Positions 28,931 through 48,590 of a DNA stretch of 64,000 nt are shown here, one piece after another. Each line of letters begins with the position of its first letter. The first letter of the stretch is position 1. The notes under the pieces were generated by a model. It was given only the letters and a program-made list of their open reading frames with translations, was not told where the DNA came from and made no database searches. A program made the position numbers and the translations under genes. The stretch spans positions 18,638,651 to 18,702,650 of the forward strand of contig CM120647.1 in NCBI GenBank assembly GCA_051362555.1, given 5' to 3'. The stretch comes from Lingula anatina. Lineage: Eukaryota; Animalia; Brachiopoda.

Positions 28931-30510
28931 TTATCTTGTCTTGATTTTAGCCAATGTTTTAAGGCATTGATAAATTTTAAATTACAAGAAGAGCTATAAC
29001 CAAATTAGTAAAATGAAAGCGTCGGATTATTGCTTAGAAGACATTGTGCTGTGCTCCCTGTCTGCAGGACAAGACAGGCCGTGCAATTTTTTGTTTCTTG
29101 TTGATCTTGTATCATGAATCAGTTTTTAAAAAATCATGTTTACTAGATTAATGTTCACATGTATTTAATTTATTCATAAATATCTGTGTAATATAATATG
29201 AAATATACAAATAATTATACGCAAAGTGATGTACCATATTATGAATTTTCCTTCGCATGTTATTAATCTTGCACAAAATTATGAACATTTAAGGTGTGTT
29301 TACACTTAAGTGGGGTAGACCCTTCTTGGCAACACCCTTGCCCTGCCCAGTGGCAGATTTAGTTCATAATGCACTGAACCCAGCTGGTGGTACGCACGCA
29401 GGTGGTGGCTAGGTCTCTCTGATCCTTTAGTTAATCAGACTTTCATCATATCAAGCAAAAGGGTTGCCCTAATATGTGTCTATACACAGGCTCCTCGATG
29501 GACCTTTTCATGTTGATTTTTTTATTATTATTATTTTTTAAGGTTCCTCTTTTCATTGCCAGGAACCTTTAGCACACACTCAGAGTGAAGATATTCTTAA
29601 CTTGAAGTTCTATATGTCACTAAGTTTTGACTCTACAAGAGAACATTCCTTTTATTGTCAATGTTATAATTATGTCATAACTTTTCCAAATTGTGATTTA
29701 CCCCTAGTCGTATACGTACAGGTTCAATTGAAAAGATTCATGTGGTATTGATGAATAGTGTCTAATTATGGTCACCAAGGTTAACTAAAACAGTTGTAAG
29801 ATTTATGATCTACATGTATGCACTGTTTTTTAGACTAAATAACTAACTAGCTGTAATTACATACACAATTTACACATTTCATTAATTTTTTAATTTTATT
29901 TTTGTTGCTTGTAAAAAATTTACTTTTCAGAGAAAAAGGTTGCTTTGAGAAATATGTTAATCAAGTTTGTATATATTCACCAAGTGATGACAGTAAATAT
30001 AGCAGTTGGTGGGTTTCAAACCTCCAAGCCTGTAAAATAATTGCCTAAAAATGTGCAATGTTCAATGAATAACAATAATCATTGTCTTTCAAAGTGAAAG
30101 CATGATGTTTCTTGTTTCTTTTCAATTTGGTTCAAGGTGCTGTTTTACAAAAAAAAAAAAAAAAAAAATACAAAAGTGAAGTTTTCAAATAGCTGATCAC
30201 TTAATATCAACTTTGAAAAAACTTGTCCATGAGAGTGTTACTCTGCAATTAAACTTGTCTATGAGTTCTTTATGAATTGTTGGTATATAATAATTGCAGC
30301 TGCAGACAAATTGGAACATGTTTTTGACACGCTCTCAGTGCTCAGTCTTAAGAAATGAGGTAAACAGCTTCTTAGATTCTTAGCAAAATGCTGCTTATAA
30401 GTCTTTTAAGTTATAACTACTTCTAGAAATCTTGCTACTACTAATAGTCTAAGCAGCCTCTGCTAAACAAAATATTCAACCTCAGTCATTTTGTGAAAGC
30501 AGGCCCCGAT

Positions 30511-31271
30511 TTAGCTCTCCATCCACATTCCAGGCAGAGGTCTAGATGGCGCCACATTCACCCTTGGGAATGTGTACACTTGGTATTTAGCAGGTGTTTG
30601 CGGGGTATAGACGCCAGGGTAGAGGTTATCTGGGCTGATCACCGTCATATGCTGGAAACAATAGAAAAATATTTTAGAGAGAGAAATAAAGAGAGTAAGA
30701 GATAAACAGTTAAATCCCGAAATGTATGCAAAGAATTCCAAAAGAACTTCTGAAGAACTGCAATTTGGTCTTTTAAAACGTTTAGAGGAAAATATATATC
30801 ATGTGTGCTATATGCTTTTTCTTCATTACTTCGTTTTTATTTATTAATTTTGTCTATTATTTTATTTTATTTATTTAACTGTTCCAAAGTAAAAATTATC
30901 ATTCCTAAAACATAACTAATTACAAGATCTTGGAACAATGAACAATCTGATTAGTATAATACAACTGACCTGTTGGTCCTGGAACTGCTGCTGTTGCTGC
31001 TGCAAGTGTTGTTGTTGTTGATGATGTTGCTGCAATTCTTGCTGCTGGTGGTGATGAAGTTGATGATGATGGTGATGCTGTTGTTGTGGTTTCTGATGTT
31101 TCTGCCTCTGATGATGTCTAAAATTGGGATGGTCTTGTCTTGGCTCTGCACGAGGCGTGGTTGCCGGGGTGACGGTTACAAATGTTCTTTGCTGCTCGGG
31201 GGAAATCTAGGGTGTTCAATAATTTATATGAGAGTGCAGAGAGGCAGATGGAGAATTGAGTTGTAAATAAA

Positions 31272-31310
<39 letters not shown>

Positions 31311-34300
31311 CCCTGTTACGCCAATGCCCTATTTCATGAGTTTCAGAGATCCCCATTGACACCACTTCCAAATCACACTCAATGTCTCGTTGGCAAAATG
31401 GGCCAACGAATTAGCAAATTCTTCTAATCAACTGTCCTTTCTGCTATCAACTTTCCTCTACCACTGTCAGTTGGCTTACCCTACATCTACCAGTAGGAAA
31501 CGGCAGAGTCGTGCTGGTAATATATAATAGATTAAAGTTTCTGTTGTTCTCTTGAACTAATTAAGTGTGACACCAAATCAGCGCTCCAGTTAATTATTGT
31601 AAACTAAAGAAAATCCATGAAAAAAAACGATTAAATTACATTATTTATTTGTCAATTTAAGGTATATGAAAATTTGAGAATGTTCGAAAGTCATATTTTC
31701 TATTTCTGCACTTGAATACACTATACATGATAGGTCCAAGGTCTAAATACCCTGCAAAGCTATCTATCTTTGCCAATTGAGAACTTAAAAACGATACATC
31801 CCCCAATTTAGGGCAACCCGATGTCGAAATGTCCTACTGAAATGTACATTAAGACACGGATTTGAAAAGAAATTTAAAAATTGTGTAAAACATCAAATCA
31901 AAGTGCAGGGACGGTCGAGCAGAGATTCCTGATTAGGATATAAAATAACTTTTTCAAATTCGATTTGGCTGAAAGATAGGATACCGTTGGCATAAATTAT
32001 TATAAAAATAAGATTAAATGGCCAACCTGCAATTGCGCTGGCGTGACGTAGGCTCTGGGCTGTTCCTGGCACTGAACATACCCCCCAGGAATTACACCTG
32101 TGCCGCCTGGTCTTGTTTTTGGTCTGGCCCAGAGGGTAGAGATGATACAAATGATAACTTCCACGATGCCAAGTGCGCCAATCGTCACGCTCAGACCTAA
32201 CTGCAGCGAACCTTTGGTTGGCTGAAGAGAGAGAAATCAAAAAGGTGGTAACAGGAGGAAAAGCGGTTGTTATGTGGTAGTCGATTACCATTTCCTATTG
32301 ATCATGATTAAAAGACAAAAAAATTAAAGACATTTATCCGAAGACATTTAAACTTTTTGTTACCGTTAAATAAATAGAAAAAATGGAATTTAGAAATCGT
32401 ATGATATAAACGAATTTCAACAACCCGCATAAGATCTCCAAATTGGTTTCAGGGCTCATTCCCATTGAAATTATCGGTCTACGTAGATCGATTCATCTAC
32501 AAATAAGCTAATTCCATTGATTGCAATTAGCAAGATTTTTCCTCAGAGTTGGACCGACCCAATAAGTACCATGTGTCTATCTGAATGGGTTCGATAATAA
32601 TCATAATGACGTGAATCAAAACATTGTACTTTCATAATCTTTTCGCACTCACGTCCATTGTTCCTGCTGCTGCAAAGTTGACGCCAGCAAGTATTAGAGC
32701 AAATGCAGTGGTCACTGCGGAGAGAACTAGGAACAAGTGCTTCTACAACCACAGAAAATCTTCATATTAAAACCTCACTATGAGCGCAAGACATTTATAC
32801 AGCTGACAAATTTCAACATTTTCACGTTATCATCAAGATACTCTTTATTCAAAAACGTCAACAAAACAATTGACCAAAATCTAATTCGCTTTTGATTTGT
32901 TAGTATCTAATTTTGAGCCAATCGGTGAATTAAGATGAATAATTTTTGTATCGTTTAATCAAATATTAACAGCTCGCGCGAATACAACTTTTCAGAATAT
33001 TATTTGTTCTACGATTTTGGATTGCAAATATCTTGATGAACCAGGAAAAAAATGTTGAAATTTCCAGGTATGGTACGTATCATCCTGCTTTAATAGTGCA
33101 TACAGATATAGAATTAGCACAAAACTACATAAGGGAAAGTAAACCTTTTAATACTTATCCACTTGCCTTGACAAAAACATTTATTTATTTCTTTATTTAT
33201 AACTATCTCACCATACAGGCTTTAGTTGCCACGGGATCCGGCTGACAACACGGTGCCGTAGAAATCCCAAACGACCCCACAAGAATGAACTGTAATTAAA
33301 TACATAAAGCCATTAGATTTAACAGATTAAACAGATATCTAATTCAACATATATGACGGCGAAGGTCAAATTATCAATTATCATGAGACCCAATTAACAA
33401 TCTCAATGAAAACAAAATGATGGAGGTGAAGAATATCCGTAATGGTAATTAGGAGCGCACTTAGACGCATTCACACCCACAAACATATTTTTACTGTTTG
33501 AGCCACTCGACGTATGGAACACAGAGGGGTGGGGTAACAGTTTGCATAAAGTGCTTGGAGTCCACTGATAAAGTTTTCCACGATGCTTCATCGTTGCTAT
33601 TCATTGTTCAAAAGCCCTGTATCATGATCAAAACAAAAATTTCTTAAATCATGTTTAACCCGAATAAAGTTCATGTGAAGTTCGTCATAATTATTATTAT
33701 AAATATTATTAATCTAATTAAATGTTTTAAATTGGGCATATTTCGGTTAGAATAGGCTAATGAGGAAGTTTCAAACAGCGCTGTTGTAAAACATATTTCA
33801 CGTAAACATTCTGCGTTTTGAATATGTTGAATAAGGTAGAGGTAGAAGTCACACATAAAACATGACAGCAGAGATTTTTATCATCTCTGTTGTAAAACTT
33901 TTTTCAATTAAATTCATATTTAATGAGTCTTCTGACGATCGAGACGCACAATCTCTCCTACCCACCCACCCCCCACCCCACCCCCTACTTACCCACGAGC
34001 CACACCATAAGGGCGAGTGCACGGTCACCAAACGGCTGTTCATCAAAACTGCCCACGCAGTAACCTCAGCTATCATACAAATGTGTAAAATTATCACAGC
34101 AACTCCGATGAAAATATGAAGGAGGCCTAGAATAATCAGGGCGATGGTCTGCTTCGGATGCAGCCCATCTTGGTACGCCACCTCTTGAGCGGGAGGTTGT
34201 TTGATACTTGGCGTCGTCTGCTGTTGGTTGGATAAGAAATCATTTGGAGGCGGGCGGGTTTGTCGGGTAAGAAGTTGTCTTCCATTTACCTATAAATGTA

Positions 34301-35042
34301 TTAGAAATGTTTAGAAAAGGCAGTTTTGGCCTCAGAATCCCGGATACGCCGCATCCTATATAGTTATGAACATTAGGGCTAGAGCACAACATAGATCAAA
34401 ATAGGCCCAGCACATTACTGGTAGTGGATATTTAATATTTAATATTTAATATTTACTCGACTGCAACTAAGAAAAAAAAATTAAGTTACTAGACAGCAAA
34501 GCAGACAAATATAAATACATAAAAATATTCTCAATCTTATATAAAAGATGTGAAAAAAGAAAAAAAAAGAAGAAAATAATTAAAAAAGGCCTAAATAATA
34601 AAAAATAGATTTTGGAAAGGAACCTGCCATAATATTATCATTCATAAGTCATTCAGCAAATATGAATAAAACAAAATACGGCTTGAGCTTACTGGGCGAA
34701 CATAACCATAATAAACATCTATATATTTACACCATTTATAAAATTAATTCCTCCATTACCCCGAGGATGCAGTTAGAGCACTGATGATGATTTCCATTAA
34801 ATATAATTAGGCGCTACCCATCATACGCTGTCCGTCACCCTGATTTTTATAGCACTGATAACGTCTTTTTTATAGGCCCTATTACATTTAACCACTGTTT
34901 TTTATTTAAAAAAATTATTATTATTATTTTTTAATACTGCAGGGAGGTAGCCTAGGTCCTATAGCCTAGTGTAAAACAGGGGATAGGCCTATAATGGGTC
35001 AAGCCAAAATTATGCAAATAGGTTATTAGGCCTACACAGTGC

Positions 35043-35082
<40 letters not shown>

Positions 35083-35848
35083 TAAAATGATCGGGGGTTA
35101 AGTTTCAATCAGGCTAAATTCCCAAACCCAGGGTGTCCCTCTAAGACTCCTTCGGCCTGCTGCTGTGCCTGCATATCGCCAAGACTAATAACTGAAAAAG
35201 CAATCAAAAAGGAACAAGATAGCCTGTTGATGTCGTACGCTATTTATGCCATACGGTCGGTTGGTCATGCTGAATAGTAAAAACATTCGCATTTGACCTT
35301 GGAGGACCCAAACATCAAGTCGAAAGTTGACCTTTTTTCAATCAGCTTGACCTGACAAATTTACGAAGGAACTTCAATGCTGCTCATCTTTTTTAGAGTT
35401 ATTACAAAGCCTCAAGACTAAATTATTCTTTCCTTGACATTAATTTTTACTCACAGAGGTGGTTATAAGCATATCTAAGTAGGATATCTACATTCAATTC
35501 GGGTTAATAGTTTGCGAAATGTCCTAAGACTAGTATTGCAAATTGGAATTTTCACAGTGGTCTATCCTATTTTAGCAGTCTTAACTAAGCTCAAACGGAA
35601 ATCTAGGTACAAAATACAAATCTAAAGGAAAATGGAATCCTATTGCGATGTGTATCGGCCAAAAGCGACAGACCATGAATGCGGAGATAATGCGACAAAA
35701 TTATGTCTGAAGGGTCGGTGATCATACTCTTTCCAGATAGCTGCCTCTTTTCTTGTACAAATTAAACGTTTTATTTGTCCTGGAACTCTTTTGAAATGTC
35801 GTGCAGGCTTTTTGTAGTCCTCACCTCAGCCAGTTCAATCCAGTCCAT
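30511..35848 (-). CDS. MS4A/CD20-like four-transmembrane protein with Q/H-rich C-terminal tail, ~353 aa
   Basis: Exons (minus): 35825-35848 (MDWIELAE, tentative first exon), 33993-34289, 33212-33289, 32653-32742, 32027-32221, 30970-31206, 30511-30651. All introns phase 0 and GT-AG. Four hydrophobic segments: ALIILGLLHIFIGVAVIILHI; SPLWCGSWFILVGSFGI, resembling the MS4A TM2 P-x-W-x-G motif; LFLVLSAVTTAFALILAGVNF; LGLSVTIGALGIVEVIICIIS. Confidence 0.72.
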
Positions 35849-38800
35849 ACATTTCTCCTCTCTGAGCTGTAAGGTCACCTTAGTCCCACATTTTCACCTT
35901 AATTGTAAGCTATGGTGATAAACAGTCTATCAATCCCGAAATCAGTTCCAGCAAAGTTGAGTTTTGAATAACAGAAGACATTTTGTCGCGCTCTTTCTTG
36001 CATGCTCGTGCCTCGACCGTTTTCATTGAATCTCTAGTACTCGTATTTCTACATTTTATTATATCGAACAAAGCAAGCTCAGCAAAAGATCTGAACATGA
36101 ACAGATACTTCTCTTTCGTCGTGTGAAAGACTCAAAGAACAATCTTTGAAATAAAGACAGCCTGGTCACGGGACTTCGAGGCGCACCATAGGGGTATTAC
36201 ATTAGGTACCCTCTAACAGGGAGGGTCAAAGTGAAACGAGATATTTTCAGACATTATCTGGTTTATCTGTGCACTTTTCTGTAGCCTATTGTGCCTTTGC
36301 CTATTGTATAAGGTGAAACATTTTGCACAGAAATGCCGCTATCACCCAGATGGCCTCTGATAGAAAACAGAAATAAGCAGGAATGTATTCCAAAGTAGGC
36401 CCTATGTCTCGCAGTCCCAAGTCGATCTGTTAAACCAGGGTATGGCTTCGACTGCATGGACGCCCCTCATCTTTTTTCTTCTTCAAAAACTAAATTCAGC
36501 CCCACTCCCTTTCTCTTAGGAAGTGAAGCCCAAACGAACATAGTTCATAAAATTCAAAGTAACCATCAAATTTTCTTCGAACAACAGTTGTTTCACTCCA
36601 ATATTTCAGCGCCTAAAGACACCACCCAAACTCATGCAAGAAGCCAATACCACTTGTTGAAACAATAAGAGACGGGGGTCGAAGGAACCGCCCTTTGGGC
36701 CTGGAAAACGACCACTCTGAATCCGTATTTTCAGGTTCTATGCCAGTATTGAAACATATATAATTTTTGCAGTAAAAAGACTCAATCTTAATGCATCCCC
36801 TCTTCCTTTGAAATTGCTAAATAACTATAAACTGTAGACAGTTAAAACCGGAGTGGAAATATCTTATGTTAAGCTGTTGATTGAAGAGAATATTTTTGTT
36901 TGGGGAAACTATACTTATTTAGAATACACACCACTGTCGCTTGGGTTTTTTTATGGATTTATAATCTCTGTGCTTCGAAATGGGCCCTAATTTCGTTACT
37001 CTCAAAGAAATATTAATGAGTAGTTGGAAAGGGTGGAGCAACTTTAACCACCCCATCTCTACTGGGTACCCTTTAATATCAGTGCATACGCTGCATGTCA
37101 CCAGTAATACGACTACGCCAAGTCCATTTACATATTGTTAACGTGCAGATGCATGCAAGCACACAAACAATGTTCTTAACCATAAGAGATGACGTCAAAG
37201 TGGCAAAACGATCGCCAGCCCAGCAGATGTCCTTCTGAGGAAGGGACTTAAGCTGACTAGTGGGAGAATAAAACGCCTTAGGTAGCCCTCTTTCTGGTGA
37301 TTCTCATTCCAAATAGCATATGTATAGCTCTCTGCTATACAATCAAGCATTGCTTTAATTGATGTCTTCCCAGGGTAACTACTATATACAGTATTTTTGC
37401 CGACTCAAAAAAGAAATTCACCATAAAACAGAGGTTCCCATCTCTCGTATGATTTGATAGGGGCGATACGATGATCCATGTATGACCCTCTGCTATAAAA
37501 TGTATAGAGCATTGCTTGAAACTGATCTTTTCCCAGGGCAAATATTGAATATTGTTCGTCCAATTTAGAAAAGAAATGCACCACAATACAGAGGTCCCCG
37601 TCTCTCGTATTCTATCTCAGTAGGTGAAATACGATTATCTAGCCCTACCTGTCTTTCCATTTTAAACTCTTATCACAAATTTTAGATCAATGTCACATTT
37701 TCTTCCAACCCAGCTTTGTAACAAATCCTCCTCTTGGGAGTAAAAACAGCTCGCATTAAGTGAAGTGAATTTAAAGTGATACGACATTAATCTAGTCAGG
37801 GGAGAAATTAAGGGATAATTTGCTAAGTTAATGGCGAATCCGTGCCACCTCCGTTGCGTCGCCATGGTGCCGAGAAGCAGTTGACTCAACTGCATGGCAA
37901 AATGAATTCTAATGTAATTTGTGTTAAAACATGTCCTCAGCCCGTTGCACAAATTGAACTACGGTCAGTTTTTTTAGCTAACGTCTAAGCCGACGAGCCG
38001 CATTTTTACAAAGAATGTATTGGGTCTTCTACTTCGTTCTTTTGGTCTTTTAACTAATTTTATATACAGATTTTTTACTGCCGGTAATAACTGCGGCCTA
38101 TTTGGATATGCCATGTCATCATTAGCGCAAAGCAAGAGTCGGCTACCTGAATTTAGCCGTCAAAGGCGATGGTCTATGTCGCTCACAGGAATCAAAACGA
38201 AAAGCATCTTAAAATATTTTATTTAAAATATATTGCATATACTGTAGTTAAGTCATAAAATAGTTAGGACAATCCTAAACACAGTTAATAAACGTTTGTG
38301 ATCACGATAAAACATAATGCATTAAAATTAACATAATGTATTAAAATTAAAATTAAATAAAACTTAAGAGACAGCCTAGAGATTTCTTTAACAATCGGAA
38401 TGTGTAAAGTATTTCGAGATACATATTTCAATTTTATGCACCCTTGAGTAATAGTTCGGGAATGGTTGTGAAATGTTAAACTATAGTTCATAAAAAACTT
38501 TTATCACAAGCTACAGGACAGCCACGTCATTACAGTTTCTTCAGAATTTTACAGGCTATTTTAAGTATATAATAAGTTTGCACATTGTAAACAGATCAGT
38601 ACGCACAAATATTTAAATAAAGTCTTCAGACTCGTTTAGGTACAGGGGCGTTTGTAGAAGGATTGCCAAAGCAGTTCTCGTATAACAGTAAAAGTTATAA
38701 TAAAATTCTACCATAACAATGTACAGATTTAGTAAGTCAAAGTATTAAACATAAGGAGATAATCGCAGAACTGAGTGAATGTTAAATCACTGTAATCAGT

Positions 38801-39302
38801 ATTAAAGAAACCAGATTAAAGTTTTACAACGTTAAATACAGACGAATTTGGTATAAAAGTCTTTTTTCATCAAAGAAGCCGCTGGAATGATTCTCTTTCT
38901 CTTATCCCTATTCTATGAAGCTTTTTGCTAATCAGATTTTAAAAGCTTCAACAGAAGAAAAATATGTTGTTTAACTGAACTCCAGTGTTAATTCACTCTG
39001 CGTGTGATAATTAATTGAAACCGTTCCCTATCTTTAATCTTGAATTTCATACATTGTTGATTCTAAATCTTAATCTGAGACTGCACCCATTATAAACTTG
39101 AAAATAGACTGCTGTATGTTGTGCACTTATTAACATCTGAAAATTTGCCCCTTTCCACAAACTTAGTAAACTGTATAAAATGTTAAAAATAGTACATATA
39201 TTATCTTCTGAATATATACATTTATAATATAATATAATATCACATTTGAACATAAGTTTGATTATGAACAGAACCGGTATAGAGATAATGCCTTGAATCT
39301 TT

Positions 39303-39516
39303 GGGCGCATTCCCATAGATTTTAGATCGATCTATCCCCGTGGGGAGTCTCACTAGATTACTGTCAGATAATCCGGCTTAAATGTCCGTCCCGCCTACTA
39401 CAAGCTGTAAGGGGGTAATTAACTTTCGTGCCCGCTCGGCTGACAGCTATTTAGCGTGAACCCCCATGGAGTTAGGTCGATCTAGTTGGATCGATCTAAT
39501 CTCTGGGAATGGGGTC
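39303..39516 (-). mobile_element. MITE (~215 bp), copy 2 (reverse complement of 22019-22235)
   Basis: GGGGAGTCTCACTAGATT and TTTAGCGTGAACCCCCATGGAGTTAGGT are reverse complements of segments in copy 1. CATTCCCA...TGGGAATG inverted ends. Confidence 0.8.
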
Positions 39517-39925
39517 TATCTAGTTTGCCGGTTTTATATCCCAGATGTTGATGTCCACCTGAGACCCTACTAATCACCACTTTTCTAAAATGACTGATCA
39601 AGGCGGCACCCTGCACCTTAATCGGTGAACCCGTTTTAAAATTATAAAAAATATTCCGGACGTAAGACCACTTGTTTTCAGCCATCTTCTCTCTCGCAAT
39701 AGCAGAGTGTATTCTGGATGTCATAAGACCGACAGAGCAGCTACAAGAACATGTGGTGGACATTAGCAGGCATCCGCCATCACCATGATTCGTAGGGCCA
39801 TGTCTTTAAGTCCCCTCATCGTTATGCACCCCCCCCCCCAACCCCACCCTCCTCCAGTGAAATTATAATATTACCCGCATCGATTGTCACCGGCATTGTT
39901 AGTCAGTTTGCGTTATTGAAGCAGA

Positions 39926-39952
39926 GAGCCTGGTTTCACAAAAAAAAAAAAA

Positions 39953-39995
<43 letters not shown>

Positions 39996-40224
39996 TAAGT
40001 CGGGTTCCCTGGCTAAAGAACTTAATTACCAATTAAGGTTACATGATCACATGGGTAAGTCTTACCCTATCAGGAGCATGGAAATCCTAGTCAACTAAGC
40101 CAGGGAACTGACTAAAGATTTTTTGTGAAACTGGGTCCAGGAGCAGTGTAACAGAACGTTCATGGAAATAAAAGTCAACTAAGCCAGGAAACTGACTTAA
40201 TTTTTTTTGTGAAACTGGGGCCAG
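39926..40224. mobile_element. MITE-like element with a duplicated right end, just downstream of the SLC34A stop codon
   Basis: Left end CTGGTTTCAC(A)n-CTTAAGTCGGGTTCCCTGGCT is inverted relative to AGCCAGG(G/A)AACTGACT...TTTTTTGTGAAACTGG, which occurs twice (~40098-40134 and ~40182-40219). Confidence 0.65.
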
Positions 40225-40249
40225 GTGTAAAGATATGTAGTCAGGTTTG

Positions 40250-46204
<5,955 letters not shown>

Positions 46205-46485
46205 CTGAAAAGATGAAAAAATATTCAAATGAAAATCAGCTCATAATCATCTGCCCAGACGACTCATTGTTTACAAAGAATCAGTATTGGTCACCTGGCG
46301 ATTTAATTCATAAACATTTTAATTGAAATTGATCAAAAACAGGGTCCAAAAAAAAAAAATAATAATAATGATAGGACTGCAATATATCAAGCAAAAAATA
46401 AATTTTTAGGGCCTAGTAGTTTACGCAGGTTTGGAACGGAATGGTTTAGCGTGCGTACGTGTGCATGCATGCTTGTGTGTGTGTG

Positions 46486-46553
<68 letters not shown>

Positions 46554-46605
46554 GAAAGGGAGAGAATCAATATCTAGTTAACATATATATATATAATTTA
46601 TTAGA

Positions 46606-46854
46606 TTATTACCTCCGCCAAGGAGGTTATGTTTTCACCCTTGCTTTTTTGTTTGTTTGTTTGTTTGTTTGTTTGTCATCAACATAACTCAAAGAGTTAT
46701 GGACCGATTTTGATGAAATTTTCAGGAACTGTCAAAAGTGGGCCAAGGAAGAGATGATTAGTTTTTGGTGGTGATTCTGATCAATAATCAAACAATCAAT
46801 AATAAAAAAATCGCTGCCTTGGCGGCGGTCTGCGCTCTCGGAGTGCTTTTCTAG
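46606..46854 (+). mobile_element. Short non-autonomous Helentron-type element (HINE), ~250 bp
   Basis: 5' TTATTACCTCCGCCAAGGAGGT stem-loop, (GTTT)n microsatellite, 3' subterminal inverted repeat CCTTGGCGGCGG, hairpin GCGCTC-tcg-GAGTGC, and terminal CTAG followed by TT. Confidence 0.82.
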
Positions 46855-48504
46855 TTCTTCAATTGATTGGTTTATACAGGACAGCTCATAATACTTTTGT
46901 GTCTGTCTCCCCTGTGAATATGTTCTGTAACCATGACATTTATTGTTAATGAACTATTTTGAAAATAATAAAACATGCATATACAGCAACAGGACTTGGG
47001 AATAAGTATTTAAACTTGACTTGTCAAGCCCGGGTGGTCATAATGAAACAAATCATTATATACATGCGGTAAGGGTGAGAAGAATAACCCTCAGGTCGAT
47101 GTGTCACCATTTCATTAACATATTTCGTTGAAAGTGTTTTTTTAATCAAATAAATACATATCTAATGCGCTGTACTTAGACAATGCCCAGATCAAACGAA
47201 CTTTAAAAACGCCCACTTGAAAAGACCGTGTCTAAATGTTACTGAAAAATTTATCTCAGTTTGCCATTGTGCATCGTCCAAGTATTTCTTTCCGTGCACT
47301 GTCAAAGGAAAATTTTAAACGCTCAAAAGTGAAATAACGTTAATGTTGGAAGTTAAGACCCAGACCGATGAGCTATATTAATACGTATATAGCAGGTGTT
47401 GCGTGATTTCTCTGTTGCGGTGAACAACCCATTCTGACGGATTATTCACGTTGAAGTAGTACCCTCTACCACGCCCGCGGAAAATATGTATCTCTTCTCT
47501 ATTGCGAGAGACCAAAATGACCGTCTATTTATCTTAAGATATATCTGTAAATATCTAGTGAAAAAAAATCAATCTGTGGCGCTGGTATTGAGGTAGCAGG
47601 CCGTCGTAAATAAAACGTCACATATACTACGACTTCGTCATACCGGAACCGCATGTGCAGTACAAGTTATTCACAGAACGAAAATTTCACGCCACACCGG
47701 CACACCTCATTGACATATCCTCCGCTAGAGGTCTTTCATCATAATTTGTGCCAATCTACAGAGACCTCTGGCGGAGGGTCACACCCAGACGCGGGTAGCT
47801 TGCATACACGCATGTCACTGATGACAGCACTTATGCTTCGATTGTTATCGCGGTCAGGTGTCACCTTAATCTGTTGATGAACCTAAAAATCACAATGCCA
47901 TGCTATTCTTCCATAATGCAAAATATATTAGGAAGAAAACAACACAATAGTTGGTTACACGTACCGGTACTTTTTAACGAATTTTGAGAAGTCGGCGCAC
48001 GTACTGAACAGTCTATTGCTGTGTTTCATTACCCGGTATAAATCAGTTAGATGTATGCATATTTTCACAGCGAGGGAAAGCCAGAAGGATGTATTATTTG
48101 TTTAGAATAATGATAATACTCTTCGTGTTTAAAATATAATTATAGATTTTAATTTACCCAAATGCTTTTACTTAGGTCTGCGTCAATCGTCTTCGTACAC
48201 CACACATGTCCGCCGTGCTGTCTCAAGATCAAGTAGCCGTAATCCAAGTCCCCCTGGAACCGAGGTCCTTCGGACGTCGTTTCCTGGTAATGGTTGTCTG
48301 TAGGACTAACATTACTTGGGAAAGGTTCCATAATTATAGTAGGCAGGACCTGTATTACTGTCCGACTTTTATTCCTGTTACACCATGACAGTAATAAAAG
48401 TCCTATCCTTAGCTAATAATACTGTTAAATGATAAAACTATAAATGTATATGAAATCCTTCTGGTGAGCCATATATGAGACAAAAATGAGAGGTTTGCAA
48501 CTTC

Positions 48505-48590
48505 AGCTCGTCTGTGTAGTGATTAGCGTGCAAGACTACAAGGTAAGAATTCATGAATCCTTCTGTTGCATCTATGGGTTCGAGACCTAC
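48505..48590 (+). mobile_element. Possible tRNA-derived SINE head
   Basis: A-box-like TGTAGTGATTAG and B-box-like GGTTCGAGACC about 50 bp apart. No complete cloverleaf. Confidence 0.3.

Noticed and set aside
30973-31266. Hydrophobic Leu/Met-rich plus-strand ORF
   Set aside because: Antisense shadow of the polyQ/H exon of the MS4A-like gene.
34135-34285. ATG at 34285 as the start of the MS4A-like gene
   Set aside because: Out of frame with the TM segments and stops after ~49 codons. The exon instead reads in phase 0 from the acceptor at 34289.
34780-34845. C/D-box snoRNA-like TGATGA...CTGA
   Set aside because: Antisense to the host gene, no terminal stem, and only a short possible guide match.
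48505-48590. Functional tRNA gene
   Set aside because: A/B-box-like motifs only; no acceptor or anticodon stems could be built.
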